From Planctomycetota bacterium (GTDB taxonomy: Bacteria > Planctomycetota > UBA1135 > UBA2386), in assembly GCA_019636245.1 (NCBI GenBank), contig JAHBXX010000007.1:12796-76795 (forward strand): DNA of 64,000 nt, in the 5' to 3' direction. The notes under the pieces were generated by a model. That model saw nothing but the letters and a program-made list of their open reading frames with translations. It had not been told where the DNA came from and did no database searches. Position 1 is the first letter of the stretch. Every line of letters starts with the position of its first letter. A program made the position numbers and the translations under genes. Shown here one piece after another: positions 60,248-64,000 of the stretch.

Positions 60248-61720
60248 TCACGACGCGCGCAGCCAGGACAGGATCTCCTTGAGCCGCGGTGGATTGCCCG
60301 TCATCAGCACGCCGACGCGGAAGATCCTGCCGGCCGCCTTGAAGGCGAACCAGACGCTGAACAGGATCAGGACGGTGGTCGCCGCGTACTCCCAGGCCGG
60401 CGGCGGTCCGCTGGCGCGGTTCATCATCGCGAACGGGGTGTAGAGCGGGATGTAGGTGAACACGCGCGCCATCAGGCCGTTCGGCTCCTGCACCACGGGG
60501 ATCATCGCGAACAGCGGGATCATCAGCAGCAGGAACACCGGCTGCAGCAGGTTCTGCGCCTCCTTGAGGCTGTTGCAGACCGAACCGATCGCGACCAGGA
60601 TCGCTGCGAACAGCAGGTAGCCGCTGAGGAAGTAGCCGACGAACGAGGTGAGGTAGAGCGGGTCACCGACGATCTCGGCGAGGTTCCACTCGGCGAGCTT
60701 GGGCACCGCCTGCACGCCGAAGTGCACGCCGACGAGGCCGCAGACCGCCCAGGACAGGATCAGGGTCAGGCCGGTGGCGCCGATGCCCCAGATCTTGCCG
60801 GCCATCAGCTGGCCTGGCGACACCGACGACAGCAGGACCTCGATGATCCGGTTGCTCTTCTCCTCGACGGTGTTCGTGAGCAGCATCTGCGCCGCCGTGA
60901 AGACCGCGATCCACAGCAGGTAGACGAACACGACGGGCGCGAACTTGTTGGCCTTCTGCTCGTCCTTGACGTCCTCGAGCGAACCGTCGGCGGCCACGCG
61001 CCTGGGTCTGAAGTGGATCGACTCCTGGATGTGGCGCGCGGTCTCGGGCGCGATCTGTGCGGCCGCGAGGCGCAGCTTGCGCACGACGCGGGTCGCGGCG
61101 CCGCCATACCACTCGCTCAGCGCGTTGTCGGTCAGGTTGTTCGAGACGTAGCCGAGCTGCGTCGCGTCGGCGACCGGGTCGCCGGCGAGCACGAAGTACG
61201 CGAACAGCCGCCCGGACCGCACGTGTTCGCGCAGGACCTGCTCGCGCTCGGCGGCCGAACCGTGCTCGGCGCCCAGCGCGGCCAGCGGCTCGAAGCGGTA
61301 CTTCGCCGCCAGCGACTCGACCATGCGCTCGAACCGCGCCGTCTGCTGGGGGTCGGCCTCGGCGGTGACCGCGCCCTCGAGGTCGCGCAGTTGCAGCAGG
61401 AGCGTGGCCGGATCGGTCAGGTCGATGGCGTCGAGCGGCGCCAGCTTCGCTTCGGGCACGCCCTGCTCGCTGGCGAAACGGCGCAGCGATGCGATCCGGT
61501 CGTTGGCCCGGGCATTGGCCTCGATGCGGGTGCCGAGGCCGGATTCGGTCAGGTCGAGCACCGCGTAGGGCTGCTGGGCCTTGGTCTTGTTCATCACCCA
61601 GCCGATGCCGATCGCCAGGGCGAAGATGGCCGGGAATGCCAGGATGCCGAGCCAGAACGTCTTGGTGCGGACGTTGTCGAGGTACTCGCGCTGGGCGACG
61701 AGCAGGGTCTTGCTCGCCAT
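60248..61720 (-). CDS. ABC-2 type transporter permease (NatB/YhaP-like) with a large extracytoplasmic loop, 490 aa
   Basis: These are the last 490 codons of shadow ORF 60248..63187(-). MASKTLLVAQREYLDNVRTKTFWLGILAFP is followed by a soluble loop of about 230 aa, then five hydrophobic helices (EEKSNRIIEVLLSSVSPGQLMAGKIWG...). The start overlaps the ATPase stop (TGATG). Confidence 0.8.
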   Translation of the reverse strand: MASKTLLVAQREYLDNVRTKTFWLGILAFPAIFALAIGIGWVMNKTKAQQPYAVLDLTESGLGTRIEANARANDRIASLRRFASEQGVPEAKLAPLDAIDLTDPATLLLQLRDLEGAVTAEADPQQTARFERMVESLAAKYRFEPLAALGAEHGSAAEREQVLREHVRSGRLFAYFVLAGDPVADATQLGYVSNNLTDNALSEWYGGAATRVVRKLRLAAAQIAPETARHIQESIHFRPRRVAADGSLEDVKDEQKANKFAPVVFVYLLWIAVFTAAQMLLTNTVEEKSNRIIEVLLSSVSPGQLMAGKIWGIGATGLTLILSWAVCGLVGVHFGVQAVPKLAEWNLAEIVGDPLYLTSFVGYFLSGYLLFAAILVAIGSVCNSLKEAQNLLQPVFLLLMIPLFAMIPVVQEPNGLMARVFTYIPLYTPFAMMNRASGPPPAWEYAATTVLILFSVWFAFKAAGRIFRVGVLMTGNPPRLKEILSWLRAS

Positions 61721-62649
61721 CAGCGCAGCCCCCCGGTCGCTGCCAGCCTTGCGTCCGCTTCTTCGACCGTGCGCACGAAGATCTCGTGCAGCGACGGTTC
61801 GCGGTAGTCGAACCGGCGCACGCGGACGTGGTCGACCAGCCAGCGCAGCGCCTGCTGCGGGTCCTGGCCGGATTGCAGGAAGATCTCGGCGTGCTTGCCG
61901 TGGTCGTTGACCCGGCGTGCACCGGGCAGTTGCTGCAGCACGCGGCCGTCGCCGTCGTAGTCGAGCTGGATGCCCAGGTCGCGCCCCTGCCTGACCTGTG
62001 CCAACGACCCCGCGAACTGCAACTTCGCCTTGTGGATCATCATCACGAAGTCGCAGAGCTGCTCGGCCTGCTCCATGCCGTGCGTGCTGAAGATCACCGT
62101 GCGGCCCTGGCGCTTCATGTCGAGGATGATGTCGCGCATCGTGTCGCGGTTGACCGGGTCGAGGCCCGAGAACGGCTCGTCGAGGATCACGAGTTCGGGG
62201 TCGTGGATGATCGTGCCCAGGACCTGGACCTTCTGGCCCATGCCCTTGCTCATCGCCTCGCACTTCTTGTCCAGCCAGTCGCCGAGGCCGAAGCGGGTCA
62301 GCAGCTCGCGCGCCCGTTGGTTGGCGGTGCTGCGGTCCATGCCCTTGAGCTTGCCGAAGTAGGCCACGATCTCGGCGGTCTTCATCTTCTTGTAGAGCCC
62401 CTTCTCCTCGGGCAGGTAGCCGAGCCGGTCCTTGACCTCGCCTGCATCGGGGTGGCCGAGCACCGAGATCGTGCCCGCGTCCGGGTGGAAGATGCTCATC
62501 ACCATGCGGATCGTGGTCGTCTTGCCGGCGCCGTTCTGGCCGAGGAACCCGTAGATGCAGCCCTTGGGGACCTCGAGCGACAGGTCGGACACCGCCGTGA
62601 ACGAACCGAACCGCTTGGTGACGCCGTGCAGGGTCAGGGCGTGGTCCAT
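61720..62649 (-). CDS. ABC transporter ATP-binding protein
   Basis: ORF 61720..62649(-), 309 aa. Walker A is GQNGAGKTT, the signature variant is MSKGMGQKV, Walker B is LVILDEPFSGLD and the H-loop is STHGM. Confidence 0.9.
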   Translation of the reverse strand: MDHALTLHGVTKRFGSFTAVSDLSLEVPKGCIYGFLGQNGAGKTTTIRMVMSIFHPDAGTISVLGHPDAGEVKDRLGYLPEEKGLYKKMKTAEIVAYFGKLKGMDRSTANQRARELLTRFGLGDWLDKKCEAMSKGMGQKVQVLGTIIHDPELVILDEPFSGLDPVNRDTMRDIILDMKRQGRTVIFSTHGMEQAEQLCDFVMMIHKAKLQFAGSLAQVRQGRDLGIQLDYDGDGRVLQQLPGARRVNDHGKHAEIFLQSGQDPQQALRWLVDHVRVRRFDYREPSLHEIFVRTVEEADARLAATGGLR

Positions 62650-63088
62650 CGTGTGCGGCGCGGCGTGGCCGCCGCGCCCCGAAGCTTGTCGGGCTGCCGC
62701 GCCGATCGCAAGCGCGGTGGTTCCGCCGCCGGGCCGGCGCGTCGCTGCCGCCGCCTGGGCCTCGTCGACCGACGGCGGCGCCGGCTGCTCGTTGGCCGCG
62801 GGCTCGGCGTTGGCGAGGGTCGTGGTCTCCTGCCCGATTCTCGCGGCTCAGCCGGTCAGGTCCGCGATGCCGTCGAAGGCGCCGATGGTCCCCGGATCGG
62901 CGAACGAACTTCAGCCGAGCAGTGCCAGGAGGGCGAGCATGCAGAGGGCCAGGATCGTCAGCGCTACCGAGGTCCTGTTCAGGGTGGCGGAGCCTACGCG
63001 CATGGGGTGGGGGCGGCGCGAGCCGCGGCAGGGGTGTGGTGGATGTGGTGGTGCCGGTGGTGCGGCGGCTTCCTGCTGCTAGTCCTCG

Positions 63089-63108
63089 GTTGCAGGAGTG
63101 TTGCAGGA
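63089..63108 (+). repeat. 9-nt direct repeat GTTGCAGGA x2 with 11-bp phasing in a divergent intergenic region
   Basis: Read directly from the sequence: GTTGCAGGA at 63089-63097 and again at 63100-63108, spacer GT. A function as an operator or promoter element is only inferred. Confidence 0.5.
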
Positions 63109-63297
63109 TTCTGCCGGGTGGCCCCGCGATCGGTGCCGGGCGCCGGCGCGCGTCCCCGGAGGAAGGGCGTGGGGAGGTTGGATGCACGCAGTTTCACGGT
63201 GCTTTCCTTCCTGGCATCGCTAAGCTGCCCGCCCCTTTCCCAGGTGGCGTGAAGGCCGCCTGGGGCGGCGCGGGCGTTTCGCCGGCGCGTAACTCTC

Positions 63298-63320
63298 GAA
63301 ACGGTAGCGAAACCGGTAGC
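63298..63320 (+). repeat. Tandem near-repeat GAAACGGTAGC / GAAACCGGTAGC abutting the metK start codon
   Basis: Read directly from the sequence: 63298-63308 and 63309-63320, followed by C then the ATG at 63322. No canonical GGAGG Shine-Dalgarno is present in this stretch. Confidence 0.5.
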
Positions 63321-63321
63321 C

Positions 63322-64000
63322 ATGAGCAAGGAACTCCGCCTCTTCACCAGTGAATCCGTCAGCGAAGGCCACCCCGACAAGGTCTGCGACCAGATCTCCG
63401 ACGCGGTGCTCGACGCGATCCTGGCCCAGGATCCCGACTCGCGCGTTGCCTGCGAGACGATGGTCTCGCGTGGCTTCGTGGTGGTGGCCGGGGAGTTCAC
63501 GACCAAGGCCCAGATCGACTACCAGGACGTGATCAGGGGCGTGGTCAGGGACATCGGCTACGACGACCCGGAGATCGGCTTCGACCACAACTCCTGCGCG
63601 GTGCTGACCTCGATCCAGCGCCAGTCGCCCGACATCGCGTTGGGCGTCGATGCCCACACCTCGCAGAGCAAGGAGCAGGGCGCGGGCGACCAGGGGATGA
63701 TGTTCGGCTACGCGTGCCGCGAGACCGAGGCGCTGATGCCGTTCCCCATCCACTACAGCCATCGCATCCTCGAGGCGCTGGCCGCGGCGCGCAAGAGCGG
63801 CCGGTTCCCGTTCCTGCGACCGGACGCGAAGAGCCAGCTGACGGTCGAGTACGATGCCGCCAACAAGCCCGTCCGCATCGACGCGGTGGTGGTCTCGCAC
63901 CAGCATCGACCCGAGGTGGCGACGGCCGACCTGCACCAGGCGCTCAAGACCGTTGCGCTCGAGGTGCTGCCGTCCGGGTTGGTCGACGGCCGGACCAAGT
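63322..64000 (+). CDS. metK: S-adenosylmethionine synthetase, N-terminal ~226 codons; the gene continues beyond the right edge
   Basis: Not in the ORF track because there is no stop in the window. Hand translation from the ATG at 63322 gives [34 protein letters not shown]...[12 protein letters not shown]...FLRPDAKSQ, which is canonical MetK. Confidence 0.95.
   Translation, partial: MSKELRLFTSESVSEGHPDKVCDQISDAVLDAILAQDPDSRVACETMVSRGFVVVAGEFTTKAQIDYQDVIRGVVRDIGYDDPEIGFDHNSCAVLTSIQRQSPDIALGVDAHTSQSKEQGAGDQGMMFGYACRETEALMPFPIHYSHRILEALAAARKSGRFPFLRPDAKSQLTVEYDAANKPVRIDAVVVSHQHRPEVATADLHQALKTVALEVLPSGLVDGRTK

Noticed and set aside
62850-62890. GGTCAGGTCCGCGA resembles the conserved SRP (4.5S) RNA helix-8 sequence GGUCAGGUCCGGAA with a GNRA loop.
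   Set aside because: The 3' side needed to close the tetraloop (GGA...AGCAGCC) is absent, because UGCCGUCG follows instead. No SRP-like extended hairpin can be drawn.
62848-62913. Genome-wide reassignment of TGA to a sense codon, as an explanation for the two in-frame TGAs upstream of the ABC ATPase.
   Set aside because: TGA clearly terminates many well-defined genes in this window, including asnB-like, purD, fur, purL, pcnB and queC. Global recoding is therefore excluded, and only local explanations remain.
63090-63105. TTGCAGGAGTGTTGCA resembles the sigma54 consensus TGGCACG-N4-TTGCA.
   Set aside because: The near-invariant GG dinucleotide is TG here. The match is a by-product of the GTTGCAGGA direct repeat.
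63110-63321. A known SAM riboswitch class (SAM-I, II, IV, V, SAM/SAH) upstream of metK.
   Set aside because: No consensus core is visible by eye. The fragments UUCACGGUGCUUUCCUUCCUGG and CUAAGCUGCC are only vaguely reminiscent of the SAM/SAH and SAM-II motifs, and they lie about 100 nt from the start codon rather than sequestering it. This needs an Rfam scan and is not claimed.

Overview
This is a dense, very GC-rich chromosomal segment (roughly 70% or more by eye, with third codon positions almost always G/C). It comes from a diderm bacterium, as shown by a TonB-dependent receptor, Lgt and many lipobox lipoproteins. I cannot assign the taxon from sequence alone.

I can support 57 protein-coding genes, with one truncated at each edge. 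I see no rRNA, tRNA, CRISPR array, transposase, integrase or phage genes.

The backbone is housekeeping: miaA, yidC, gmhB, ndk, gnd, prfC, lgt, queC, folP, purD, a PurS-PurS-PurL fusion, purQ, panB, pcnB and metK. Regulators include an ECF sigma factor, Fur and a sigma54-dependent response regulator. Envelope and glycan genes are interspersed: a Wzx-like flippase, an AsnB-like amidotransferase, two GT2 genes, a GT-C/ArnT-like transferase, a PEGA lipoprotein and large secreted proteins.

The items most worth a second look are:
- An orphan operon (39896-41744) encoding a coiled-coil protein plus a highly divergent MreB/ParM-superfamily actin-fold ATPase.
- A membrane protein (8477-10600) in which a GT2 domain with degenerate catalytic motifs is fused to a FemAB-family (PEP-CTERM-locus type) aminoacyltransferase domain. 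It is translationally coupled to an intact GT2 upstream and a small 2-TM protein downstream.
- A TraB/GumN domain fused to a GspG-like pseudopilin C-terminal domain.
- A poly(A) polymerase with a tail of about 400 aa carrying three poly-Arg blocks.
- A 672-bp gap upstream of an ABC transporter that reads as one coding-like frame interrupted by two TGA codons.

Because of the GC content, the six-frame track is full of long spurious shadow ORFs (up to 1808 aa), and most real genes start well inside the listed ORFs. I re-derived starts by residue counting and checked them against the nucleotide text. All family calls rest on motif recognition by eye, not on searches.
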